64,000 nt of DNA from Lingula anatina. Lineage: Eukaryota; Animalia; Brachiopoda. Under the pieces are notes generated by a model. The model did no database searches. It was not told where the DNA came from and saw nothing but the letters and a program-made list of their open reading frames with translations. Within the stretch, counting starts at the first letter, position 1; each line of letters begins with the position of its first letter. Both the position numbers and the translations under genes were made by a program. Location: positions 9,362,001 to 9,426,000 of the forward strand of contig CM120647.1 in the NCBI GenBank assembly GCA_051362555.1. The letters run 5' to 3'. This document shows positions 25,402 through 39,727 of this stretch, one piece after another.

Positions 25402-28400
25402 ATGGAATGGATATATTTGGTGCTAGGGATAGCGGCGCTGATTTCGTGTGGTTGGCAGCCAAGTTTGGCGGACTCAATCTCTGGTGAGTCGAAGGATTAA
25501 TGATTAATAAGGACTTGAGCGTATTACTCGATACTCACTGGATTTCTTTTTACGATTCAGTGCTAGACTTCTTTGCTGCACGCTAACTTACGACGACAGT
25601 TATATCAGGATGTAATTATTTGGCCGTAGATCACTCTAAAACGACACGATGTAGATTGTGCTTTACTGACTTGAGCAAAGTTGAGGTTTTAACGAAATGC
25701 CATGCTTCAAAAGACGTAGTTAGGGAATGATGCTGATACTGTGTACCAGATTATTCCTCTTGTAAGGAAATTTTAACTCTGTGCATGTTTATTACTGGTT
25801 CAGGATTATGAAGTGGATTATTTGAATAATATTGTTCGAGACCCAAGAAATGGTTAATTGGGGGGGTGGGGGTGGGGGGGTGGGGGGTGGGGTGAAGAAC
25901 AGATTTTGCTTTACTCCACCAAGGCATATTTATTGTACATATATGCCCCTGTGGCTGTGGTAAAAGTACCATGATCATATTGCTGGTGTGATTCTTGCTA
26001 GTTAAAATCAGTTTCACATTCTAGTACATGTTACTGTAGTTCTGTGCAACTGATTTGTCATACTTATGCTGTACAAGGAAGTTTATTAAGGATACTAGTA
26101 TTTGTCCCCCTTGGGCTAAAACTTATTTTCAGTGTCTGGATGAAAATAAAGGGTTACAATATCCTTAAACCAATTAAACTGAGTCAAGCGTACTAATAGA
26201 ATATCATATGACTTAAGTTACATGTCTTTTTACATGTTATGTATTTTCCACAATATCTTTGTACCAGTGCATGTCATGACCATATTATTTGATTTTCCTG
26301 TTCTTCCTGGTCTATGGTATTTGTTCAGGAAGACTTAAAATCATGAAAAATAAAGATGGTTTATGGAGAGAGTGATTTAAGCCAGTGGGAATTCAGTTCA
26401 GTCAAATTCTTTGTCTGAAGAGCAAGTCAACCTTTATTGTGTCTTTGACCTATTTATAACAGAGCTCTGTTACAGTTATTACACAGTTACGTACATTGTG
26501 GAAGCCACGCCTTTGCGAGTTGTTTCTTATCAGTTCGGGAATAGAAATTGAACTGTTGACCTGTGAGTGTCTCTCGAGGATTCAAGTTTTGATACAGCAC
26601 ACGCCCTTACTATCTGGCTTAATTTTTGTTGAGGTTGACAAAATACTGTAAATTTGGCTGATTCCCCAGTGAGTCATGGATTTTGAGAAATAGAATAGAA
26701 GAAAAAGTAGGAACATATGAATTGAGCCTTTTTTATGGATGTTGTAATAAGAATGGATTTTTAGTACTACTTACTATAATGACCCCCATCCCCATTTGTA
26801 GTGGATAAAGCCTTCTACGCACCCTGTTTATCACAGTTTCAACAGAGCTAGTATAAGTTTCTTGCTGGGGATATAGAGATTGTGTAGACATGTGCTTCAA
26901 ATTGGGTATGAAATACAGGGTGAAAACACAAAGAAGACTACTTACTAGTAATAACATCCAAGTGGTATCCTAACAAAAATGATTTAGGTTCATATATAGT
27001 TGATAATATGTTTCAAATAGGATGAGAAAGTCAGAGAGAAAAAGGTTAAAGACAAAAGTCACAAGGTTTCCTGCTAAGATTATAAAAAATAAAAAAGAAT
27101 ATGTGTGTTCTGGTGCTAAGGCAGTATTGATTGGCACTATGAACTTTAACTCCAGGCAGTGTGCCCAGGTGACCACATATTGAATCAGGTTGTTGGCACA
27201 GTGACTGGAGCATGACCCTCTTTTACTTAATACTTGGTGGATTTCATCAGTATAAGTGTTTATTTTGGATGACATATCTTATTGAATGTTCGACATGATA
27301 CCATAGATAACACGCCGTAGGGAAGGTGTATGTGAAAGTATGCTGATTGTTTCTTTATTGATCTAAACGACACGAACCGTGACTGTTGGTGCATTACATG
27401 TACCATGAAACAAATTTTATAGTTGATTAAACAAGTTTTAAAAAATTAATGATTGAGTTTAGCCATTAAAAAATATGTGACATACTGTGTATATACCAGC
27501 TCGATTGTTTCCTCGCAACCAGCTGATTAGATTTAAGTTTAAACACCCCCTTCCGCCTTTTCCTCCTCTCCCTCCCCCCCCCTTAGAGCTCCAGGGGCTT
27601 TATTGATTTCATCTGCCCACACTTTTCAAGTACCCATCTCACACAGGTAAATATCATCCATATCCATTACCACACCTTCAGGTGGGTGTTAATTAATAGA
27701 TACATTGTGTATGAGGCTGGCCAGCCCAATAAAATCAGATTAGCTTACCAGTAATAATTAAGTTGAATATTGATAAAAAAAAGCACGTTAGCTGTAGTGT
27801 TTGGAGAAGGTGGAGGTTATGTACATATAATTTCAAGGGATGAACATACCAGTATATATTTTTACTAGTACACATGCAGTAGTACTCTCTTTGCTGTTTT
27901 CTTTGCTTCTTTGACAGAAATTTAAGCTTTGGAATTTTTTTGGCAGGGAGGGAGGGGGTCAAGTGTGTGCTTGTATTCATTCTACTTTGTCTATAGTCAG
28001 TGTCAAATACTTGATCCAAATGACACTAATAAAAAAGCAATTGACACTGTATTCAATATTCTTTGCACAATATCCCAGCTTCCTTGATTTAAGTGCTTGA
28101 TACTCACACCTCACTGCTCTTGAGGATTGCTTTTCAAACTGCAGGAAGTTAATGGAAATAAAGCCAGTTGAATTAAATCACAATAACAATAGAATATGCA
28201 CATATTTATCGTTACCTGAACGAGGGCAGAGTGCTCACAATGACTGTTCGATTGTTTGTGTTGTTGTACTTAAAAGCAGCTCTTGACTTCTAGATCCTGT
28301 TTTCCAAAGAATAGAAAGTGTTAGCAAATCAGTTGCCTCATCCATAGAGATGAGCTTCTTCACATTTTGCACGTATTTAGAATTGAATAAAATTACAATT

Positions 28401-31398
28401 ATATTTATGTTAAACAAAAATAGTTGGATTGCACATGTATTTAAATATAAATTACTAATAATGCCTTTAGTTACGTTGTTAATATACTTTTTGATTACTA
28501 GTATTTTATCATCAAGGGTTATAGAATGTGAAATATTGTTTTTCAGATGAGATTGCTGACAATACAGTTCAGTTGAAATTCTACTATGTGTCTTCATCTC
28601 AGGTAAATAACATTTTTATCCTAATATTTTGTCCTGTTTTTATACTGTTTTATCCTAATTTATCCTGTTTTTAAGATAAAGTGTGTATTTAATTCATGAA
28701 GGTGCGTGTATACTGTATGTGCATGTATGTGTGTATGTGGGTTCATTTTCTGAAAAAGTGGACCTTTTATCATACAAGTATATACAGCAGGTCAAATTAT
28801 ACCCAGAGTGGACCTTTTCCCAGCAAAAAGGGTGGTTCTTTCGAACCCCCCGAACCCCCTGGCTACGGGCCTGATGTCTGTATGCACTTGTATGTACCAG
28901 TATGTGCAAGCATGCGTGTTCTTAAGCTAGTTTACAGAACTTCAGCTGCAGTAGCACACTTCAATTGACTAATGAAGCTTACCTGAACTAGTAAGTCATG
29001 CAAGGATAATGTTAAGTGCTTCAATTAAAATGTTCATTAGTTTGATGAGGATTTGGTAAAGCCACAGGTAGAAACTTCTATCAGGGATTGGTTTAATTTA
29101 TCAAGGGGATTACTAGTACCTGATTTCAGGGGATTTTGTATTGATCCAGTCATGTTCATGTACTAAGCAATATGGAAGATCAGGGGGAGGGTGGGGGGGG
29201 GGGGGGGACTATTAGGCCACATGTTTGCTTCTTCCCTTTCTACATATCAAAGTGAAATTGGCTTTGTCAGCTATACCTGTAGTACATGTAATAATGGATG
29301 CTGAAGAAAGTGAGGCAAATTTTAACCAGCCCCCTCCCCTTTTGTGTAATCCCAATTCTGCCAGTGGGAAATCAAATGATCTACAATTCATTCTCCCAGT
29401 TATCCCTTCCTTCAGGGTATTGGTGATTGTTTTTTACTCAGGTGTGCTCTCTGATATTGTTTTATGGTAATGACACATTATTATGTGCAACTCATGTAAG
29501 CACAAACTTGCACATGTATGTGATTGTCAGTGATTTCCTTGCAATCATTAACTGTTATAACCATTATGATTACTAGTACTAGTAAATATATTCAGTATTG
29601 TTTTCAGTTTTACATACACATGTACTACCCTCTACCAGGGCGAGTGATAGATTTTTTTACAGATATTCACAGATATGTCTCTAGCTAGATAGATAGTCAT
29701 TTACAGCTGAACTCGGGGTTTAGCTGAAAATGACCATCTTTCTAGCTAGAGACATATCTGTGAATATCTGTAAAAAACCTATCACTCACCCTGGTAGAGG
29801 GTACATATGTACTAGTCTGGTGAATCCAAAGATCTGTTTATAAAGTCTTATTGTTATTTATATATACACTGGGATACATTGATACATGCATGTAATATAT
29901 ATCCCTCTTAATTATTATACCTGATATCAATTTTAGTGGAAAAAGACTGCTGAGTTTCAACAGGTGCTCTCCACACAAGCTACAACATATTGTAAACAGA
30001 ACACAGCACAGTGTGGCCTTGAACAGCAAATGTGAGTATGATCCAGTTAGACGAGGAAATATTCCTCTGAAATTTAGGAATTTAATCCATGTATATTCAC
30101 ATACTGGGAAACAAGGTCAGAGTTGTCCAAACTTAACATCAGTGTGCAACTTAAGTGGCATCTAGAAGCGAAAGTGTGATTTGATTAAAAAAATGTCTCT
30201 GCAAATTAACCCCCCATCCCAACCCTAACATACTGTATGTCCTACCCCCCCCCCCCCAACCCTACCCCTAACCACCACCTTTGTCAAAAGGCAATTATCT
30301 TTGACCATTTGGTTAACTTAAGTTTTCATATCCTAGAAGTATCCATGTCCTGTTGATCAAATTTTTATTTCTTGGTCATTGTAGAATTAACTTTTGCTAT
30401 TTGGAAAAACATATTATTGTCAGTTTGTTTGTTTTGATTATAGGGAAGTGTACTCCTAATAGTATTTATTACAGTGAATCATCTAATATAAGTTCTACAT
30501 TATTCAACTACAAGTGCACATATGTAATGAGGCAATTAAATTATTGATTGATTAATCATACTCGTACTGCTGTTGTATATTAAATATGTACACTTGTAAC
30601 CTGTCATATTTCTGGATGAAAGAAGAGTTAGACAAGTTATGTTAAAAAAGGAGGGGAGTATGCAGTGAAGGGGGAGGGGGTCATGATCCCCCCTCCCCCA
30701 CCCCCACCCCCAGGGTCGTTTCTGTTTGTGAAATTAAATATAAATTTTGGCATTTTCGTATTAGACAGAGAATTTGGTCTACCTCAATAGATAGACAATG
30801 AGATGTTCCAATCCCTAGATACTGTAATCATGTATTTTGTTTTTAGGCTGCTACAGGAAAGATGTAGTATTTACATGTACTTGTATTAATAATGCAGTTA
30901 TTTTGGTATTCCAATTCAACTTTCTATAGTCCCAAATGTATTCTCTGGATATTGGATATAAGTTTCACCCTCATTAGTTTAAGAAATTTCTGATTGAAAA
31001 GTCAAATAATTTAGATGGATGTTTTAAAATTGATGTTTTTTATTTATTCTTTCTCAATATCCTTCTAATTAGAGCTGTACGGTTGACTTATGTAGGTAAC
31101 CCAGGGAAATACATATAAATATTGACAGTCTCTCGGCAGTTGTTTTCAAGACTCAAGTTTAAATTAAATGCTAATTAAATACAATGATTGATTTTTATAC
31201 ATGATCTACTTGCCTTTTTTTATACATCAGTAGATGCCCAATGTATTTGTGTTGTCTAGAGCAGAAGCGAGAGAGAGAGAGAGAGAGAGAGGGAGAGACA
31301 GAGAGAGACAGAGAGAAAGAGACAGAAAGAGACAGAGAGAGAGACAGAGAGGGAGAGAGAGAGAGAGAGGGAGAGACAGAGAGAGACAGACAGAAAGA

Positions 31399-31456
<58 letters not shown>

Positions 31457-32988
31457 TTATGAAACTTGATATTTTTAATCTTCCCAATATTTTATTCATG
31501 ATTAATACAATGATATGTAATATATAATTACAAAGTTTTTACCAGCTACTTCATTTTCCCAAATGCCCTACAGTACATGTACATGCTTTTTAAGTAATTA
31601 AATTGTCAGCTACAGCATGCTTTGCCAAATAATTTTGGTTTATTTCACCAGGGGCACCTTTCTATTAAATGAAATCAATTCATGTACTAGTACCCATACT
31701 AGCAGTATATGCATATATTGTTACAGTAGCTCAATTGATCAAGCCATCTTAAGTGAAAGTGGTTTTAAACATTTTTTTTTTTTGCTGTCAGTGCATGATT
31801 TTAAGATTTGTTTTAGTGATTAATAACATGATGAATTTAAAATGACAGTTGTTGTTTATTTATTTCCTTTTTTCTTTTGGTTGGCAGACCCAGTACACAG
31901 TATTTCGTAAAATCATTTAATGTAGATTGTACCCAATACGAGGCAACAGACTCTGAATCAGACGTTCTTAAGCTAATAATGTGAAGACGTAGAGACCTGT
32001 AAACTTGCTCTTCGATTTAAAAGGGTTTATTGTAAGTAATAATAATCATTAGGTAAGAATAGTTTGCTTTTTCATTGTTTGGATTCCCTTTTCTGTTTCT
32101 TTGGTCAGCTGGAAATTGAAAAACATGCTCTTTGAATGGGAATAATGTTGAGTAGAGTTCTGAATGAATTTGTAAAATAAAGAAAAGGAGATCGAGTCTA
32201 GATACTGTACACTATTATCAAAATACGATGCTTTTAAGATAACTGTTATATTTTATGTCAGCTTATTTTCTCTCTGTTACAGAGGTCAGATAGAACATAC
32301 AGTAACAGGGAAAATGTTTAAAAGAAAATCGATGGCTGTTATACTTCATTGGTCATATTAAGAAGCTTAATGGGTTCTAAGCAGCTAGGGAGGGGCTGTT
32401 ATCCATACCTTAGCAACCAGGGAGGGGCTCTTATCCATACCGTCCTAGCAACGGGGGAGGGTCTCTTTCTCTTGTCTGGCCTTCATTGTCTTTCACTGTT
32501 TTATTATTTTCATTAAATGACTGAACGAAAGCTGACCATAGATTATATCTTGAAAATTGCCAGTGAAGATGTCTTTTGGAATTGATAATAAAATGTTATT
32601 GTTCGTAAGTTTGAATTATAAAGTTATGGCTCAGAAGTCCAGTATCATTGTCCATTTGCTGGAGACTACTTATATACGAGTTTCTCAATGTTTCACCTAA
32701 AACAGTAAAGCCTATTACTCAAATGAAGTCTTCACATGCCATTTTGCCTAGTCCCAGAGGGGAATCACATGCAACCTGGCATCCTGTGAGATTACGACCT
32801 TTAAGACAATTTCTTAATTATTTTTTATGTTCTCCAGCTATATAAAACTGATTGCAGTCATTCCTCACACATTTTAAACACCATTTTTCTCCAAGATTAT
32901 TTTTTTCAGATTTTAGACATTTATGTTTTTAGTTACACACAAAAAAGCTAACCTGTGATACGAACCCAATGAGCTGTTTTATTCAAAA

Positions 32989-33019
<31 letters not shown>

Positions 33020-35163
33020 AATTTTAAAAATCATTAGCAAACTATTACTTAGGACAAATAATTAGTCAAAATAATTCATATTTTGCAAGAAGTTACTGTA
33101 GTCTACAACTCTTAAATGGAATAGCCACATACAGTGTATGGCAACGGGGTGTTTGATCATGATATTACATCCGGCTGATTACATAGAAACCCAGCTGGCA
33201 AATGACAACAGCAGATTTGAATGCTGTAGACTTTCACACCAGTCTGCTTGTAAACTGAGATACAACTACCCCCATACTTCTGCTACTATTTTAAAGCTTG
33301 GCTTGAATATTGTATTTGATCATCGTTGGATTAATAGAAGGCTAGTGTAGTTAGTAACAGTACTAGTGTTTTATAATTTATAGGCCTTGTTCAAACAAAT
33401 AAAAGATAGATATTAATGTTAGAAGTTTTTGATGAATTGTCAAGATTGTTATATGCTGAACAAAATGTTAAGTGAGACAAGTGTACAAGTTGTAGGATTT
33501 CATGCTTTGTAAATTTATTAAGTACCATTAAAAGTTGATCTATTTTATTGACCCGTGCTGGGTAAAAGCTTCACTTTTTATATAATAATAAAACTGATAA
33601 TTTCTTCAGCTTTTGATGTTAGCATTGTTGGCTGTCAGTGCTTTTTTAATTATAATGGTACTCTAACTTTCTACATGACAAAAATGTAAATGTACAAAAA
33701 GTAAATGGATAATTCAAGTTCGTACAATATAAATGACGCTAATCACTCTTGTTAGAAACCAGTTATCTTTTTGAAAAAAAAGAAGCAAAATTTATCAAGT
33801 TCTTTTTGTCATTTCAGCAAGTTCCTACCTGACAATGTGAACATATCGGGTGGATATCCCAAAGATGACAAGTCCAACCTGATCCTACAGTTTTGTATCC
33901 TGTACCCAGCAGGGGCACCCGTCTTCAACGGTTCGACCACAAAAATGGTGCTTCCAAAAGCGGTTACTTATGGTGAGTTATGATTCTTACTGACAAAAAA
34001 TTCTTATAGGGAAGGAATTCTTTATAATGTGTATAATAGCCATACTGCTTACTGTTGTTGTTTCTTATAGATAACTAATATGAACATGTTTTTGTTTGAT
34101 GGCTACTGAAATACCAATTTGGAAAGATCATTATTTGTTTCTAACACATGCAAGCCAAACATTATGACATCTTACATGTAACATATGTAGCTTATGACCA
34201 ACCATAGGCTTTCACAATGCTTTGTTTGTGTATAAATAATTTATCTGCCTCAGGCAATATGTGTAGCTGATGAATATTTTTACTGAATTTATTGTTCATT
34301 CAATGACATTCAGTCATTTGTTTGTTTGTTCGTTTGTTCATTTTCATCCATACAATCTGTCGTTCATCTTACTATGCACAATTATGTATGACTTGTTCAT
34401 TCATTCAATCTCAAACTCTTTTAAAATATCAATGAGGGGGAGACGGGTTGTGGGGGAGGGAGGGATGGAGGTGGTACCCTCTCTCAATGCTTTTAAAAAT
34501 GAATATTGATATAAACCATCATCGAATTATTCTGTTTCTTAGGCCACCCAGAGTAGAACAGTAGCTATAGACTAATGAGTCTGCAGGTCAAATATGGCAA
34601 CCCACTCAAAAAGCTTGTTGTCTAACACCCCATTTCCATAGATTTTTAGATTGATCTATCCCTGTGGGGAGTCTCACTAGATTACTGTCAGCTTGGCCGG
34701 CTTAAGCGTCTGTCCCGCCTACTAAAAGCTGTAAGGGGGTAATTAACTATGGTGCCCGCTCGGCTGACTGCAATTTAGCGTGAACGCCCAGGGAGTTAGG
34801 TCGATCTAAATCTTAATCTCTAGATCGATCTAAATCTCTGGGAAATAGACACTGAATAGATTCCCTGTGGGGAAGTATCCAAGTGGGTCAGCCATATTTG
34901 ACCCTCGGGACTAGTAAGTCCACTGTTCTGAATGTGGCTTTATACATACATCTTCTATTTCAGCTGTGGCTGGGAGCACAGAAACTAGGGAAAGTCTTCA
35001 CAGCAAAACTACTTATTCCTTAATTGAAATATCGTATGGGAGCGAGGTGAAGAAATACCAGCCATACCCTAATACTCAGATGAACTTGATCATGTCCATA
35101 GTAGGATTCCTGGTGTTAATTATCGTGATTGCCACTGCTGTGGGCTGTCACTTGTACAGGTAT

Positions 35164-35198
<35 letters not shown>

Positions 35199-37865
35199 TT
35201 CTGACATTTCTACTTATTTTACCAGTGCTCTGTTGTTCTTATGCTAGGGTATTTTTTTCTTATAATTATGATGTCTTTTCTTTTTTGAACAAGTTTTACA
35301 AGTTCCCTTCATAGCAACTAAGCCCCAAAAGAAAAATAACAAGAGATGTGTTAATTGGCTTCCTCATCCCCCCCTCCCCCCCCCAAAAAAAAGAAGAAAA
35401 AAAATCCTTTCTATTATAGGCTATAGATAACTTGGCCCAAGTGCCTCGTGACAAATTAAAGTTCCTTTTATTATTAAGGTGGAGCAACAGTAGCATGATA
35501 AAACAACTTAAGATAATCTAATTTAATAATGGATGTTATTCCCATTGTTTTCTCATGAGTCAGCATTATGTTTGAAGATATGTTATATCCATATGTGGTA
35601 CTTAGTTGCATGTACATAAGTTGTGCCTCTAGCCAGCAAGTTCAAAGATAAGAAGGGGGGAGGGGTTACATTATTGAAAAAAGTGGAGTAACATATTTAC
35701 TGTGAAACCTACACTTTTATTTTTAATGACAAGACATATTTAGTGAACCTTCCCCCCCCACCCCAGACTGAAAATGGTATGTACAACCCCCCCCCTCCTA
35801 CCCCCACCCACCTGCCTTCTTGTTCGTTGCCATATTGGGATTTATCTAGAATTCATTATTTGTTCATGAGGTCAAGGCATTACAGTTCAACCTTTTCTCT
35901 ATTTCTGCACCAAAGCAACCCATGGTCATCGTTTCTGTCCTGCAAGACAAAATTGCGCCCACTGATAAGAATTACCCATAGAACTAGACACACCATATCC
36001 TCATGTGCTATATTAACTTTTGAAATAATCAAAGAGATGAGGGCATCGGGCATGCACTTGTAGTCCTCTGAGACACATCATGGACAAATTTGAACCACAA
36101 GAGAGGAAAAGTCAGAGTTTTGCAATTGAATGTTGGTGTGATCAGTTTGATTTAGATTGATAGATTTTTGTTACCCTGGTTTTCAGGGAAAGTTCAAATT
36201 CTTTATATGCAGTTCAACATTAAGCGGTTAAAATTTGTTGGATTCTGTTTCGAATATAATAATTGCATTTCCTGTGGTCTACAACAGTTACATCTATATT
36301 TGTATAAAGGTTAATTGGACCTTTTTAAAATGTATTTAGTGCCCAGCATATATCAAGACAAAAAGTCTATGACTAGCTTTAGGCTCTATTGGCTTTTTTT
36401 CTCCTAGCATGCATTTTTTTCTGTCGATATGAATGATTTATCATTAAGATGGAGAAGATGAGAGAATTGCTTGTCTACATCCAGTCATGCCACTCAGACG
36501 TTTATTATCAGTGGGATTGAAGTTTTTTTCTTCTATTTTGGTCACTCTTGAGTGTTTCTCATTGGCTGCCCTTAGTGACATGGGGATGCGCCTTTGCTGC
36601 CGTTGCACTTTGCAAATCTATACATTCATTTATATTAGATATGTTGCCCACGCCCAAACCTGTCTAGGTAGAAGAAGTCAGTTAAGTCACCAGAAAGAAA
36701 ACTTATTTAATTAGACTGTGAATGTTCTTCTGCACCATTGGAAAACGCGAGAGAAAAGCTTGGCACTTTAGGTACCAGAGTGCTATCTCTAAGGTCAGAA
36801 CAAATTGGTGTTACATGTCAGAAACAAGCTCTGCACCAAAAGGTATCATTATTTGTTTGATTATTTAATTAATCAGCATATCACTGACTCAAGTAATTAA
36901 CCTTGCTGCACTAAATATTCTATTCCAATGTGGGTCCATAGTTGTACAGCTTTACTAACAAAACATTGTTCTTTTCTTGTTGGTCATGATGTTAAAAGCC
37001 GCCGCAGTTCCAGGGTTCATGCAGTTCAGTCCAGGAGTGCGGTTGCTAATGTTAAACCATTGTTAGTTGATTGAGTAAAATGTGTTTTGTCATTGTGGTA
37101 GTTGTGACAGTGTTCACAGTGTGATAGATGTGACTGTGCACCTCAACACAATTGTAAGTTCTTTGCGTTGATTTTACCAATAATTTTTTTATTGACATAC
37201 ACAGAATTCATCAGTAGAGTAAAACAATGCTTGTTCTTCATTTTTTAAAAAAAAATTATTAAGCAGCAAAAGGCAACAAAGCTTAGAATGCATGTTCTTT
37301 TGATTTTGTTTAGAAAAACTGCTTGTATATTGCATTTGATAGTTATAGTAGTTATATGTATATAATCTTCCAGAAAAGAAAAGCTAATATTTAAAATCAT
37401 CATCAGATAGAAATGAATTTAGAGTTCTAAAGGGTGAATTTAGTTCATGCCATTGGGAGCAATTAAGATTGACATTTCATGAGGAAAATACAATATTAAA
37501 ATTTAATAGCAGTAATAGTAATAAAAACAATGGGTACGTTTCAAGGAAATGCATGCTAATTGTATTTTTTTATTGTTAAAAATGCTTGTATGATACCCAT
37601 CATTTACTGTGGGATTGTGCTGGTTTGTTGCATGAATAATAGGTGGACTGTTGCGTTTCACTTGCAAAAAGCATGAGGTGATTTTCTTGAAGAGGAGGCA
37701 CACCATGGGTTCTGTTTTGTCAGTCACACCCTTCTTATTTCCCCAAACCGTCTCCCGATATATACATATAATTCTCTAAATCTGTTGCCACTGTATGAAG
37801 AAATAAGATAATAGGTAATGTTGCTTGTATAACACATGATAATTAGTAATGATATATGAAAATAC

Positions 37866-37897
<32 letters not shown>

Positions 37898-39531
37898 GGA
37901 TACAACTCTTTGAACCCAGTTATTATAGAATAAGAAAATGCTATAGAAAGACTTGTTTTGTGAAATGACACTTCACCAATTAACAAACGAGTTTATTTTG
38001 TCACAAAAAAGGTGTCATCAATTGACATGAGTCATATCACTATCACCATTTCCAGGAAAAACCAAAAAAGAAAAGAGCGCATAGCCAAGCTATCAAGGAA
38101 CCTGAAGAACAAGCAGTACTCCAACCAGACCTATGAAAATAAAGTCAGCCCTCTGGATGACATGGAGATGGGGAACATCCCTTGGGAGCACAACAGGTCA
38201 AGGGATAACTTAAGGGATGGGTGAGTGACATATTTATATTTATTGAGTTCAGGTAAAATTTAACAATAAAAGAATAAGAAAAAGTAAAAAGAAAAATTCT
38301 TAGAAGGAAGTTTTATTATTTATTTATTTTTGAAGTGCGTATTTGTTTTCAGTTAAAAGAGGTAATAAGTTGTTTTTTTTTAATGTTGCAGTCTGTGGTT
38401 TGTAATAAAGTTATCTTGATTGTAGAATATCTCACAAACAGTGTAATGCTGATTTGTTCATGTGAAGTTAAAATAAGAATTATCAGTAGGAATACCTTAT
38501 AAAGTTATACAGCTTGAAAATGCCTTTTTATAATATGATTGTTCTTGAACAGATATGTTATATCCCTCACCGACTGCTGTATTATGCTGCAAATTACCAA
38601 TTTATCATTCCTCCAAAATATTTGTTTTTGTTATAACATTTACGGTGATATAATGTTCTTGTAACTCATCTAGCTGGTGGTACATACTCCAGAAGTCGAC
38701 TACACCTCTCCAGTCCTCTACTTTTATGTTTGAGATAAAACGCTGTCACTCCATCAATATATGCCAAAACGCCTCGACGAAAGAGTAGGCAGTTTATTGT
38801 TTGACATACATAAATACCGAGAGAAAGTACTCGAGTTGATCCGAAAAACCCCTGAAACAAAATAAAATTAATCGCCACGGTCACACAACATCTCTAGATA
38901 TGTATATTTTCCTTTGTATTACAGTGACGGCAAAGTGAAAAAGGCCAAGAAATCAAGGTCCACGAAAGCGGATGAGGGAAAACCCAACAACGCCCTCCCT
39001 CCTCTAGAAACGGAACTAACAGAGAAGAAGAAAAAGAAAAAGAAGAAAAAGGGAGAGAAGGAGAGAAGAAAGGAAAAGGACAAGTTGGTAAAAGAAGGCA
39101 AAAAAGCACACAGGAGTAAGCAGGCCGAGGGCCGTGACAACGACACGTTTGATTACAACGAGACGTTGAACTCCACGGGCGCTTTCCCCGACCTGAACAA
39201 AACGACGGCGAGCGGGAACTCTTCCGACTTGAACGCGACCACAAAAAATGGCCATCCTGAATTTAACAGTAGTGCAGAAATCTCTGCCTCCGCTGACGCG
39301 ACTTTAAGCGCAGGTTATGAAAATGCTGGCGCAGTGCATGGCGCAGTGCATGGCGCAGTGCATGGCGACTCTATAGAGCAGTCTGAGAAAGCAGGCAGTG
39401 TGACGTCCGAGAAATGTGAATTTAGCGGAACTGGGACCACGACAACGTACATGTCGGATGACGAGAGGGTCAAATCCAGTACGGAGAATATCACCAAAGG
39501 CGCACCAGAGACTCAAACTACAGAACTGTGA
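25402..39531 (+). CDS. Uncharacterised type I single-pass membrane protein (~451 aa), possible SEA-like ectodomain, C-terminal PDZ motif
   Basis: Exons 25402-25483, 28547-28602, 29937-30031, 33818-33972, 34964-35159, 38056-38220, 38925-39531 join in frame. Signal peptide MEWIYLVLGIAALISCGWQPSLA. TM LIMSIVGFLVLIIVIATAVGCHLY with basic stop-transfer RKNQKRKER. Lys-rich tail, YEN motifs, ends TTEL*. The SEA-like call is an inference. Confidence 0.8.
28735..28873. mobile_element. Truncated copy of the CAGGCCCGTAGCCAG-terminus MITE
   Basis: Ends CTGGCTACGGGCCTG and shares TTTCTGAAAAAGTGGACCTTTT (inverted) with the complete copy at 50762-50910. Confidence 0.65.
29628..29801. mobile_element. Fully palindromic MITE with TA target duplication
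   Basis: TA-CCCTCTACCAGGGCGAGTGATAG...CTATCACTCACCCTGGTAGAGGG-TA. Arms of ~85 bp pair almost to the centre. Confidence 0.85.
31270..31454. repeat. (GA)n/(GACA)n purine-rich microsatellite
   Basis: Directly visible. Confidence 0.95.
34626..34852. mobile_element. MITE family A copy 2
   Basis: Reverse-complement homology to 11419-11627 and direct homology to 62901-63115. Flanks TAA/TGA. Confidence 0.8.
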
Positions 39532-39727
39532 TAATACATGCGTGAGCTAATATAGAGAGAAACAAACTGAATGTCCGCTTAACAGATAGTCCGCCCTCCA
39601 CTGGATTGGTACAGGTCAGAGTTGGCGTGATGTAAGTGGGTCAAAATATCAGCCCAAGTCATTGGACCCTGGAAACTCTCGTGAACATGACAGCATGCCT
39701 TCTTGGTTAATGCAACTTTTCACTTAA

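Noticed and set aside
31227-31527. Arg/Glu-rich and Leu/Ser-rich ORFs
   Set aside because: Translation of a (GA)n tract.
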